NCBI GenBank assembly: GCA_964473485.1
Contig: CAYYPH010000015.1
Coordinates: 9,000-72,999, forward strand
Reading direction: 5' to 3'
DNA from: an uncultured Prolixibacteraceae bacterium
GTDB taxonomy: Bacteria; Bacteroidota; Bacteroidia; Bacteroidales; FEN-979
Length of the DNA: 64,000 nt
Every line of letters begins with the position of its first letter. Position 1 is the stretch's first letter. Of this stretch, positions 53,086-60,862 are shown in pieces. Position numbers and translations under genes: made by a program. The notes below the pieces were generated by a model, which was not told the origin of the DNA, did not search any database, and saw only the letters and a list, made by a program, of their open reading frames with translations.

Positions 53086-53988
53086 ATGCGTTTCAACTCA
53101 CTGATAATCATTTCCTTCATCCTTACACAGGGATTCAGTATAACTGCTTCCGGCCAGGCATGGGTTGTTCCCGATGACCAGAAAGCGATCAGGGCACCAT
53201 TCAAATTCACGCCCGATATGCAGAAGAAGGGGGAGGAACTTTATGCCAAAAACTGTCAGTCGTGTCACGGTCAGCCCGGAAAAGATAACTGGGCCCAGCT
53301 GACACCTCCGCCGGGTGACCTGGCCAAGGACAAAGTGGCCAAAGAGACCGATGGGGAGATGTTTTACAAGATCACTGCAGGAAGGCCGCCGATGCCTGAA
53401 TTCAGGAATATTCTCACCGAGGACGAGCGCTGGTGGGTGGTAGCCTATGTCCGTACTTTTCACGCAGGATATGTGCAGCCTGAACCAGGTCCAGTAAAAG
53501 CTTTCGACGGCCGGACCATCACGCTTCACATGAAATTCAACGAAAAGGAGAAAAAGATCATTGTCAGCGCTACCGAGCTGACAAAAGAGAATACCCAGAT
53601 ACCGGCTGAAGGAGTGGATATATCGGTTTGGGTGAAACGCTATTTCGGCCTCATGCAGGCCACCGAGGTCAAGACCACTGGCCCCTCGGGGAATGCAGTG
53701 TTTTCCTTCCCTGAAGACATACCGGGCAATAAGGGTGGCTTTGTGGATCTTGTGGCGAGGGTCAATGATCCGAAAGGGACGATGCGGTCATCACCGGCTA
53801 CGGCCAGTCTGGCGATTGGGAAACCCACAGACCTGCCGGGCCTGACCGAAACCCGTGCATGGTGGTCAGTGAGGTCGCAGGCGCCGGTTTGGGTCATTCT
53901 GACCTATTCCCTGTCCGTCATCATTGTTTGGGGATTCATACTATATATTGTTTATACCATATTGCAGATAAGAAAGGTGAGCGGGTGA
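53086..53988 (+). CDS. Monoheme cytochrome c with an extra beta-sandwich-like domain and C-terminal TM anchor
   Basis: Signal peptide; GEELYAKNCQSCHG, distal ligand candidate RPPMPEF; C-terminal VWVILTYSLSVIIVWGFILYIVY. Confidence 0.85.
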   Translation: MRFNSLIIISFILTQGFSITASGQAWVVPDDQKAIRAPFKFTPDMQKKGEELYAKNCQSCHGQPGKDNWAQLTPPPGDLAKDKVAKETDGEMFYKITAGRPPMPEFRNILTEDERWWVVAYVRTFHAGYVQPEPGPVKAFDGRTITLHMKFNEKEKKIIVSATELTKENTQIPAEGVDISVWVKRYFGLMQATEVKTTGPSGNAVFSFPEDIPGNKGGFVDLVARVNDPKGTMRSSPATASLAIGKPTDLPGLTETRAWWSVRSQAPVWVILTYSLSVIIVWGFILYIVYTILQIRKVSG

Positions 53989-54054
53989 ACAGGTGAGCGG
54001 GTGAACAGGTGAGCGGGTGAACAGGTGAACGAGGGAGCAGGTGAACAGGTGAAT
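53975..54054 (+). repeat. 8/16-bp tandem repeat (AGGTGAGC GGGTGAAC x3, then degenerate 8-mers)
   Basis: Three exact 16-bp copies at 53975-54022, then aggtgaac gagggagc aggtgaac aggtgaat. Confidence 0.9.
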
Positions 54055-54127
54055 GGGGGAATAGAAACCTAGGTTATACGAAATTTGATTAGGAAGGGGT
54101 GAAGATCATGATCAAAACAAAATAAAG

Positions 54128-54919
54128 ATGTACAGAATCAGACTTTTTCTTTGTTTACTGGCGGTTCTGCTGCTGAGCCAGGGGCAAGTGGTATCGGCAC
54201 AGGAAGGAACTGCCATTGAGGCCGGGATCATCGAACAACTCGATACTATCGTTCCTGCCTCGCTCGTCTTTACCGATGAATCAGGGAAGACCGTGAATCT
54301 CAGGTCAATCATCACAAAACCAACCATTCTCGTGCTGGTTTATTTCGATTGTCCGGGTATTTGTCCGGCCATACTCTCGGGTGTCTCCGACGTAGTGGAG
54401 AAACTGGGAATGGAACTGGGAAAAGAATACCAGATTTTATCCATCAGTTTTAATCCGGCCGATACACCTGAAAAAGCGGTGAGCCTGAAACGAAATTACC
54501 TCCGCGATCACAGCCGCGAACACGCAGATTCGTGGATGTATCTTACCGGCGACAGTGCCAACATCAACGCCCTGACACGTGCGGTGGGTTACTATTTCAA
54601 ACCGATGGGGAACGATTTTATGCATCCGTCATGTATCATTGTACTCAGCCCTCAGGCAAAGGTAACCCGGTACCTTTACGGCACCTCATTTCTCCCGTTC
54701 GATGTGAAAATGGCCATTGTTGAAGCGCAAAAAGGCCAGTCAAGACCGACCATCAACCGGGTTCTGGAATACTGCTTCAGCTATGATCCCGAAGGTAGGA
54801 AATACACCCTCCAGGTCACAAAAATTGCCGCCACCATCATCATCTTTTTTGCGGTAGTCCTATTCACTACGCTCATTATCAGGTCATCCAGGAAAAAGAA
54901 AAAATCAAATCAACAATAA
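54128..54919 (+). CDS. SCO1/SenC family copper chaperone
   Basis: YFDCPGICP (CxxxC), DFMHPS conserved His, C-terminal TM. Confidence 0.92.
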   Translation: MYRIRLFLCLLAVLLLSQGQVVSAQEGTAIEAGIIEQLDTIVPASLVFTDESGKTVNLRSIITKPTILVLVYFDCPGICPAILSGVSDVVEKLGMELGKEYQILSISFNPADTPEKAVSLKRNYLRDHSREHADSWMYLTGDSANINALTRAVGYYFKPMGNDFMHPSCIIVLSPQAKVTRYLYGTSFLPFDVKMAIVEAQKGQSRPTINRVLEYCFSYDPEGRKYTLQVTKIAATIIIFFAVVLFTTLIIRSSRKKKKSNQQ

Positions 54920-54920
54920 T

Positions 54921-56531
54921 ATGACAGACGAAACCAGACATCACCCGGAGCCCAGTTACCTGGTCGATACCGGGAAATACAAGGGACTTATGGCGTGGCT
55001 CACCTCCACTGACCATAAGCGGATCGGCCTGATGTACATGTATGCCATGATGATATTTTTCATTGTCGGGGTTTTACTCGGGGTAATTATGCGTATTGAG
55101 TTATACTTCCCGGGCCAGCAGGTTTATGGTCCACAGGCTTACAATGGCATTTTCACCATCCATGGAATCATCATGATCTTCACCGTTGTTATACCCGGGC
55201 TTGCAGCCGTTTTCGGCAACATCATGATGCCCATCATGATCGGAGCCAAGGACGTGGCATTTCCCCGGCTTAACCTGTTTTCATTTTATCTCTACATACT
55301 TGGCGCTGCTATCGCCCTTACATCACAGTTCATGGGTGATGGGCCACCCGACACGGGCTGGACGTTTTATGCCCCCTATTCCATACAGTCGAACACCAAT
55401 GTCGTGGCTGCCGTTTTCGGTGCATTCGTGCTGGGATTTTCCTCCATTTTGACTGGTCTTAATTTCATCGTTACCATTCATCGGATGAGAGCGCCTGGCA
55501 TGACCTTCTTCAAGATGCCCCTGTTCCCCTGGTCACTTTATGCAACGGCCTGGATACAGGTACTTGCCACCCCTATCGTTGGTATCACCCTCCTGATGAT
55601 CATTGCCGAAAGATGGCTGCGGATTGGCTTTTTCGATCCGTCCCTGGGTGGCGACCCCATCCTTTACCAGCATCTTTTCTGGATTTATTCCCATCCGGCA
55701 GTTTATATCATGATCCTTCCCGCCATGGGCGTCATCACCGAGATCATCCCCACTTTCGCCCAGCGCAAGATATTCGGGTACAAAGCCATCGCCATATCCA
55801 GTCTTGCCATAGCCCTGGTGGGCTATTTCGTATGGGCACACCATATGTACACCTCGGGAATGAGCACCACGGCACGCTGGGTTTTCTCGCTGCTAACCTT
55901 CCTTGTGGCGGTTCCGAGCTCGATCAAAGTCTTCAACTGGGTCAGCACCATGTACAAAGGTTCCATCGCCATTCAGCCGCCATTCCTCTATGCAGTCGGT
56001 TTTATCTTTCTTTTCATGATCGGCGGTATGACGGGTCTTTCGCTCGGTGCCCTTGCCACCAACATTCATGTGCATGACACCTCTTACGTGGTTGCCCACT
56101 TTCATTACATCGTGTTCGGGGGCGTAGGCTTTGCCTTTTTCGCGGCATTGTTTTACTGGTACCCGAAGATATGGGGCCGCATGTACGATTTCAAACTGGC
56201 CAACTGGTCGTTCATATTCATGTTCGTTGGTTTCAACCTGCTCTATTTCCCGCAGTTTGTGATCGGCATCATGGGAATGCCAAGAAGGTATTTCGACTAC
56301 CTGCCCCAATTTACATTCGGGCACCAGTTGTCGTTTTTTGGCGGCATACTGCTGGTTATAGGATTTATCCTTATGTTAAAAACCCTTTCCAGTAAAAAAG
56401 GCGCAAAGGCACCCGACAATCCATGGGGAGGCCGTACTTTTGAATGGACGATACCTTCGCCCCCGCCTGTGGAGAACTTTGAGGTGATGCCGGTAATGGG
56501 CGAAAAGGATGAACCCTACGACTACAAGTAA
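54921..56531 (+). CDS. ctaD: Heme-copper oxygen reductase subunit I, A2 type
   Basis: TDHKRIG, TIHGIIMIF, KDVAFPRLN (D-channel Asp/Asn), FWIYSHPAVY (A2 YS motif), WAHHMY, IKVFNW (K-channel Lys), VVAHFHY. Confidence 0.96.
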   Translation: MTDETRHHPEPSYLVDTGKYKGLMAWLTSTDHKRIGLMYMYAMMIFFIVGVLLGVIMRIELYFPGQQVYGPQAYNGIFTIHGIIMIFTVVIPGLAAVFGNIMMPIMIGAKDVAFPRLNLFSFYLYILGAAIALTSQFMGDGPPDTGWTFYAPYSIQSNTNVVAAVFGAFVLGFSSILTGLNFIVTIHRMRAPGMTFFKMPLFPWSLYATAWIQVLATPIVGITLLMIIAERWLRIGFFDPSLGGDPILYQHLFWIYSHPAVYIMILPAMGVITEIIPTFAQRKIFGYKAIAISSLAIALVGYFVWAHHMYTSGMSTTARWVFSLLTFLVAVPSSIKVFNWVSTMYKGSIAIQPPFLYAVGFIFLFMIGGMTGLSLGALATNIHVHDTSYVVAHFHYIVFGGVGFAFFAALFYWYPKIWGRMYDFKLANWSFIFMFVGFNLLYFPQFVIGIMGMPRRYFDYLPQFTFGHQLSFFGGILLVIGFILMLKTLSSKKGAKAPDNPWGGRTFEWTIPSPPPVENFEVMPVMGEKDEPYDYK

Positions 56532-56571
56532 TTTGTCAAGCAACAACCAATAATTTGTAAATCATTTATTT

Positions 56572-57165
56572 ATGGAACATCGAGACGATGTGGGCGCAAA
56601 ACTCGGGATGTGGATATTTATTTTCACGGAGATCCTGCTATTTGGCGGACTATTCCTGGTATATGCCATTATGAGGCATCATTACACGGAGGACTTCCAC
56701 CAGGCGGCAAACCATCTGAATGCCTTTATTGGCGCTATCAACACGGTAGTACTCCTGATCAGCAGCGCCACAGTGGCCATGTCGATTACAGCCATCCAGA
56801 AAGGTGATAAGAAGATGGCTTTGACGTTTCTTTTTATCACGCTTCTCTGCGCCCTGGGCTTCCTGGTGAATAAGTACTTTGAATGGGGTCACAAGATACA
56901 CATCGGGCTGTACCCTGGGAGCGACCTGATGCTTTCGCTCAACCACGGCTCTGTGATGTTTTTCGGGCTTTACTACCTGATGACCGGGCTTCATATGTTC
57001 CATCTGATCGTAGGAGCCATCATCCTTGCTGTCATCATGGTAAAGATCAACAACGACAGTATCCATGCCGGAAAATATGTCCTTTTGGAAAACGGCGGCT
57101 TGTACTGGCACCTGGTCGACCTGATATGGATCTACCTTTTTCCATTGCTGTACCTCATCACCTAA
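56572..57165 (+). CDS. ctaE: Cytochrome c oxidase subunit III (short form)
   Basis: LGMWIFIFTEILLFGGLF, NTVVLLISS, YYLMTGLHMFH, GLYWHLVDLIWIYLFPLLY. Confidence 0.94.
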   Translation: MEHRDDVGAKLGMWIFIFTEILLFGGLFLVYAIMRHHYTEDFHQAANHLNAFIGAINTVVLLISSATVAMSITAIQKGDKKMALTFLFITLLCALGFLVNKYFEWGHKIHIGLYPGSDLMLSLNHGSVMFFGLYYLMTGLHMFHLIVGAIILAVIMVKINNDSIHAGKYVLLENGGLYWHLVDLIWIYLFPLLYLIT

Positions 57166-57180
57166 ACACAGGGAAATGGT

Positions 57181-57215
57181 AAAATTGAAAATGGAAAATT
57201 GAAAATGGAAAACGG
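57181..57215 (+). repeat. 7-bp tandem repeat (AAAAT(T/G)G x5)
   Basis: aaaattg aaaatgg aaaattg aaaatgg aaaacgg. Confidence 0.8.
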
Positions 57216-57241
57216 ACTCTATTAAGTTGATTGTCATGCCC

Positions 57242-57269
57242 AATTCGTAATTCGTAAATCGTAAATTGA
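57242..57269 (+). repeat. 7-bp tandem repeat (AAWTCGT x3-4)
   Basis: aattcgt aattcgt aaatcgt aaattga. Confidence 0.75.
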
Positions 57270-57274
57270 AAAAC

Positions 57275-57559
57275 ATGCATACTGAAGAACAACATGTTAC
57301 GCCATACATCGCCCACGCATGGGTGCTGATCGCACTTTTGGTGATGACCACCATAACCATCACCGTTACCTGGATCGACCTTTCGGCCTTAACAGTAGCC
57401 GTTGCCTTGCTTATCGCAACAGTCAAAGCAGTCATTGTGCTGACCTATTTCATGCACCTGAAATTTGAATCGGGTCTTTTCAAGGTCTTTGTATTGATGG
57501 TCCTGCTGATCTATGCACTGGTGATCATTTTCACGCTTTCGGATTACCTGTTGAGGTAA
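57275..57559 (+). CDS. ctaF: Cytochrome c oxidase subunit IV family protein
   Basis: Three TM; WVLIALLVMT, IATVKAVIVLTYFMHLKFE; ATG 57275 (alternative TTG 57266). Confidence 0.88.
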   Translation: MHTEEQHVTPYIAHAWVLIALLVMTTITITVTWIDLSALTVAVALLIATVKAVIVLTYFMHLKFESGLFKVFVLMVLLIYALVIIFTLSDYLLR

Positions 57560-57646
57560 ACGGAAGGCATGAGCAATTAACTGAAAACAGAAGGGACTGG
57601 ATAATAATAACAGAACAATTGTACTTCGTAAACGTAAATTTTCTAT

Positions 57647-58552
57647 ATGGGTGCTTCCAATTTTGTTGAAGGAGTAGATCTTGCGTTCAAGATCATCTTT
57701 GGCATCAGCCTCTTTTTCCTGGTAAGCATAACGGCGGTTATGCTCTATTTTCTGTACCGCTACAACCGGAAACGGCATCCGGTCGCTATCCAGATAAAAG
57801 AGAACAACTGGCTGGAAATCACATGGATCGTTGTGCCGCTGATCCTGGTGTTATTGATGTTTTATTATGGATATGTGGCTTTCAGCCCCATGCGAAACGT
57901 GCCAGAGAACGCCATACCCGTCAAAGTGATCGGCAAGATGTGGGAGTGGATCTTTGAATACGAAGGCGGAAAACAATCCAAAACACTGGTTGTTCCTATC
58001 AACAAACCGATCAGGCTTAATCTCTATTCCCCCGATGTCATCCACGCCCTTTACATTCCTGCCTTCAGAGTTAAGGAGGACGTGGTTCCGGGCAAAAACA
58101 ACTACCTGTGGTTCGAGGCCAAGCAATTTGGGGAGTACGACATCCTGTGCACTGTATTTTGCGGTATCAGGCACTCTTACATGGAGGCAAAGGCCAAAGT
58201 GGTAACCGAAGAAGAGTACAAAGCCTGGCTTGCCGCGCTGCCTTTGCCTTCGGCTGAGCCGGAAGGTCTGAAGATTCTGAAGAAAAACGCCTGTACCGGT
58301 TGTCATTCACTGGATGGCACCAAACTGGTCGGTACCACTTTCAAAGGGCTTTACGGTAAGAAAGAAAAGGTGGTAACGGATGGGAAGGAACGCGAAATCA
58401 TCGTTGATGACGAATATATCAAAACCTCTATTTACGACCCTGATAAAGATCTCGTTTCAGGATTCCCGAAAGGTTTGATGAAGACCTACAAGGGGCTGGT
58501 CACTGAGGAGGAGGCGACAAAGGTGATTGAGTACCTGAAAGAGCTGAAGTAA
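57647..58552 (+). CDS. ctaC: Cytochrome c oxidase subunit II with fused C-terminal cytochrome c (caa3-type)
   Basis: Two TM, MWEWIFEY, DVIHALYIPAFRVKEDVVPG, CuA motif CTVFCGIRHSYM, heme motif CTGCH with GLMKTY Met. Confidence 0.94.
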   Translation: MGASNFVEGVDLAFKIIFGISLFFLVSITAVMLYFLYRYNRKRHPVAIQIKENNWLEITWIVVPLILVLLMFYYGYVAFSPMRNVPENAIPVKVIGKMWEWIFEYEGGKQSKTLVVPINKPIRLNLYSPDVIHALYIPAFRVKEDVVPGKNNYLWFEAKQFGEYDILCTVFCGIRHSYMEAKAKVVTEEEYKAWLAALPLPSAEPEGLKILKKNACTGCHSLDGTKLVGTTFKGLYGKKEKVVTDGKEREIIVDDEYIKTSIYDPDKDLVSGFPKGLMKTYKGLVTEEEATKVIEYLKELK

Positions 58553-58570
58553 ACCAAATTTTGAATAATC

Positions 58571-58602
58571 TGATTGACTGACTGATTGATTGATTGATTG
58601 AT
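58571..58602 (+). repeat. 4-bp microsatellite (TGAY x8)
   Basis: tgat tgac tgac tgat tgat tgat tgat tgat. Confidence 0.85.
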
Positions 58603-58604
58603 TT

Positions 58605-58654
58605 AATTTTGAATTTTGCCATTTGAACTTTGAATTTTGAATTTGAATTTGAAT
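58605..58654 (+). repeat. 6/7-bp tandem repeat (AATTTTG-type)
   Basis: aattttg aattttg ccatttg aactttg aattttg aatttg aatttg aat. Confidence 0.8.
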
Positions 58655-58673
58655 CTCTCCTGACTTCCCTCTT

Positions 58674-59540
58674 TTGCACACTGCCGGTATAAAAGACATC
58701 CTGATCCTTACCCGTTTTCCGGTATCCCTGGCGGTTACCGTTACTTCGCTTACTGCCATGATCATGGCTTCGGGCGAATTCAACATGCAGATGCTTTGGC
58801 CGCTAGGTGGGATTTTCCTGCTGGCCTCCGGCGCATCCGCTTTTAACCAGTACCAGGAGTGGCCATGGGACGAAAAAATGGAGCGGACCCGCAGAAGGCC
58901 CATTCCGTCGCGCCGCATCAGTCCTGCCGAGGGTCTGCGGATTGCCCTGATCACGCTCGTTGGGGGACTTATCATCCTGATGTACAAAGTCAACTGGAAC
59001 TGTTTTATTTTGGGAGTCATCAACCTGCTGTGGTACAATGGTTTTTACACCTGGCTTAAAAAGAAAACGGCCTTTGCGGTGGTACCCGGTGCCCTCACCG
59101 GATCCATTCCGGTTTTGATGGGATGGAGTGCCGTTGAGAACGATTACTTCGCCCCTCCTGCCGCGTTCCTGGCCTTTTTTATATTCATATGGCAGATGCC
59201 GCATTTCTGGATGCTGTCGATAAAATACGGGGATGAATATAGCAAGGCCGGTTTCCCAATGCTGAAAAACCACTTTTCGGAAAAACAGATCAGGATTATC
59301 ATCATGGTCTGGGTCATTGCTTCTTCGGCCGCATCGCTGATGTTTATCTATTTCAACCTGCTGAACCATCCCGTGATCATATACGCTGTCGCGGCTATCA
59401 ACCTGGTACTGATTTCTACCATCTTTTACCAGTTTTTCATTTCAAGGAGACTGAATTACCGCCTTATCTTCATGACTGCCAACCTTTACATGATGGGAGT
59501 GATGGTCGCCCTGATCGTGGAAACCCTGCTGAACAATTAG
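58674..59540 (+). CDS. ctaB: Protoheme IX farnesyltransferase (heme O synthase)
   Basis: ASAFNQYQEWPWDEKMERTRRRPIPS, FYTWLKKKT, WQMPHFW, EYSKAGFPML; TTG start (in-frame TGA at 58650-58652 bounds the ORF). Confidence 0.92.
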   Translation: MHTAGIKDILILTRFPVSLAVTVTSLTAMIMASGEFNMQMLWPLGGIFLLASGASAFNQYQEWPWDEKMERTRRRPIPSRRISPAEGLRIALITLVGGLIILMYKVNWNCFILGVINLLWYNGFYTWLKKKTAFAVVPGALTGSIPVLMGWSAVENDYFAPPAAFLAFFIFIWQMPHFWMLSIKYGDEYSKAGFPMLKNHFSEKQIRIIIMVWVIASSAASLMFIYFNLLNHPVIIYAVAAINLVLISTIFYQFFISRRLNYRLIFMTANLYMMGVMVALIVETLLNN

Positions 59541-59561
59541 GGAATAGGGGATAGTGAAAAT

Positions 59562-59647
59562 TCAATCAAACAAACAATCAGTCAATCAATCATTCAGTCA
59601 TTCAGTCAATCAATCATTCAGTCATTCAGTCAATCAGTCAATCATTC
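59562..59647 (+). repeat. 4-bp-period degenerate microsatellite (CAAT/CAGT/CATT) containing an exact 24-bp duplication
   Basis: gtcaatcaatcattcagtcattca at 59581-59604 and 59605-59628, flanked by further caatca/gtcaatca units. Confidence 0.88.
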
Positions 59648-59650
59648 CAT

Positions 59651-60754
59651 ATGCATGAACTTTATCAAAAGAACAAACTTTTCTTCCTGGTTCTGCTGGT
59701 CGCGGCCGTCGGGTTTCTGACCTGGTACTTCCTCGACATTGTCATTTTCGTTATCGTGGCAGCCGTTATCGCGATCATTGGAACACCTTTGGTGGATTTA
59801 CTCGACAGGATCAGGATATGGAAATTCAAATTTCCTCATTTCCTCAGTGTAACTCTCACCCTGATGCTGATTCTGGCAACGTTCCTGGGGATGTTCGCGC
59901 TTTTTATCCCGCTGGTGATCAAGGAGGCACAATTGATCAGTACCATCGACGGCACTCAATTGATGGCTCACTACGACCAGGAGATGCGGCACCTGCATTA
60001 CATGATCAATCAGTACGGCCTTATGCCCAAGGGAATGACGCTGGAGAAAAGCATCAAAGAGGCCATCCTGAAATTCATCGATTTCGACTTCTTCTCGAAT
60101 GTCCTGACCTCGGTGATATCCTTTACCGGAACTTTCTTTTTCAACATCTTCTCTGTTGCGTTTCTCTCCTTCTTTTTCCTGATGGATCCAGTTATGCTTC
60201 CCCGGGCCATCCTGCTATTTACACCCAAAGCCTATGAGGAGCAGGTAAAAAATGTCATGATCAAAAGCCGCGCACTCCTATCACGTTATTTCATCGGGTT
60301 AATCCTGCAGATCACGGCCAACATCATTACCTATTCGCTGGCGCTTTACATCGTAGGAGTTCCGAACCCCCTGGTAATAGGCTTCTTCACAGGGGTCATC
60401 ATCATCATACCTTACATCGGAGGTATCATATCAATGATCATGGGTTTACTGATCGGTTTAACGGGCATTGTCGCCCTGGGTGATTATTCCCTCCTCATGC
60501 CTATGGCGCTGAAAATAATCATCGCCATGTTTATCGTTCAGATGATCGACAACAATATTTTTGCACCATTCATTCAGGGGAAAAGCGTTAAAGCCCATCC
60601 TGTCGAGGTCTTTATTGTCGTCATTGCCGCCGCGAGCCTGGGCGGGATCATCGGGATGGTCGTTGCCGTGCCGGCCTACGGATTTCTGAAGATAGTGGTA
60701 CAGGAGGTCAGGGAACACATTAAGCCACTGGACAGCGTGTCGCATGACACGTGA
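59651..60754 (+). CDS. AI-2E (PerM/UPF0118) family transporter
   Basis: Polytopic; FLSFFFLMD, LLSRYFIG, IIPYIGG, QMIDNNIFAPFIQGKSVKAHP. Confidence 0.92.
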   Translation: MHELYQKNKLFFLVLLVAAVGFLTWYFLDIVIFVIVAAVIAIIGTPLVDLLDRIRIWKFKFPHFLSVTLTLMLILATFLGMFALFIPLVIKEAQLISTIDGTQLMAHYDQEMRHLHYMINQYGLMPKGMTLEKSIKEAILKFIDFDFFSNVLTSVISFTGTFFFNIFSVAFLSFFFLMDPVMLPRAILLFTPKAYEEQVKNVMIKSRALLSRYFIGLILQITANIITYSLALYIVGVPNPLVIGFFTGVIIIIPYIGGIISMIMGLLIGLTGIVALGDYSLLMPMALKIIIAMFIVQMIDNNIFAPFIQGKSVKAHPVEVFIVVIAAASLGGIIGMVVAVPAYGFLKIVVQEVREHIKPLDSVSHDT

Positions 60755-60784
60755 CGGGAAATCGTGACGCGTGACGGGTGACGA
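60751..60784 (+). repeat. 7-bp repeat (GTGACGN x4) starting at the AI-2E stop codon
   Basis: gtgacgg gaaatc gtgacgc gtgacgg gtgacga. Confidence 0.7.
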
Positions 60785-60824
60785 ATTTTATTTACGGATT
60801 CTCCGAAAAAAGCTATTCTTATAC

Positions 60825-60832
60825 TATCTTTG
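60825..60832 (+). promoter_or_regulatory. -7 element for the YtxH/holin-like gene trio
   Basis: TATCTTTG 30 nt upstream of the ATG at 60863. Confidence 0.55.
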
Positions 60833-60862
60833 TCTGGGTTCTTCAATTAAAGACGCATAATC

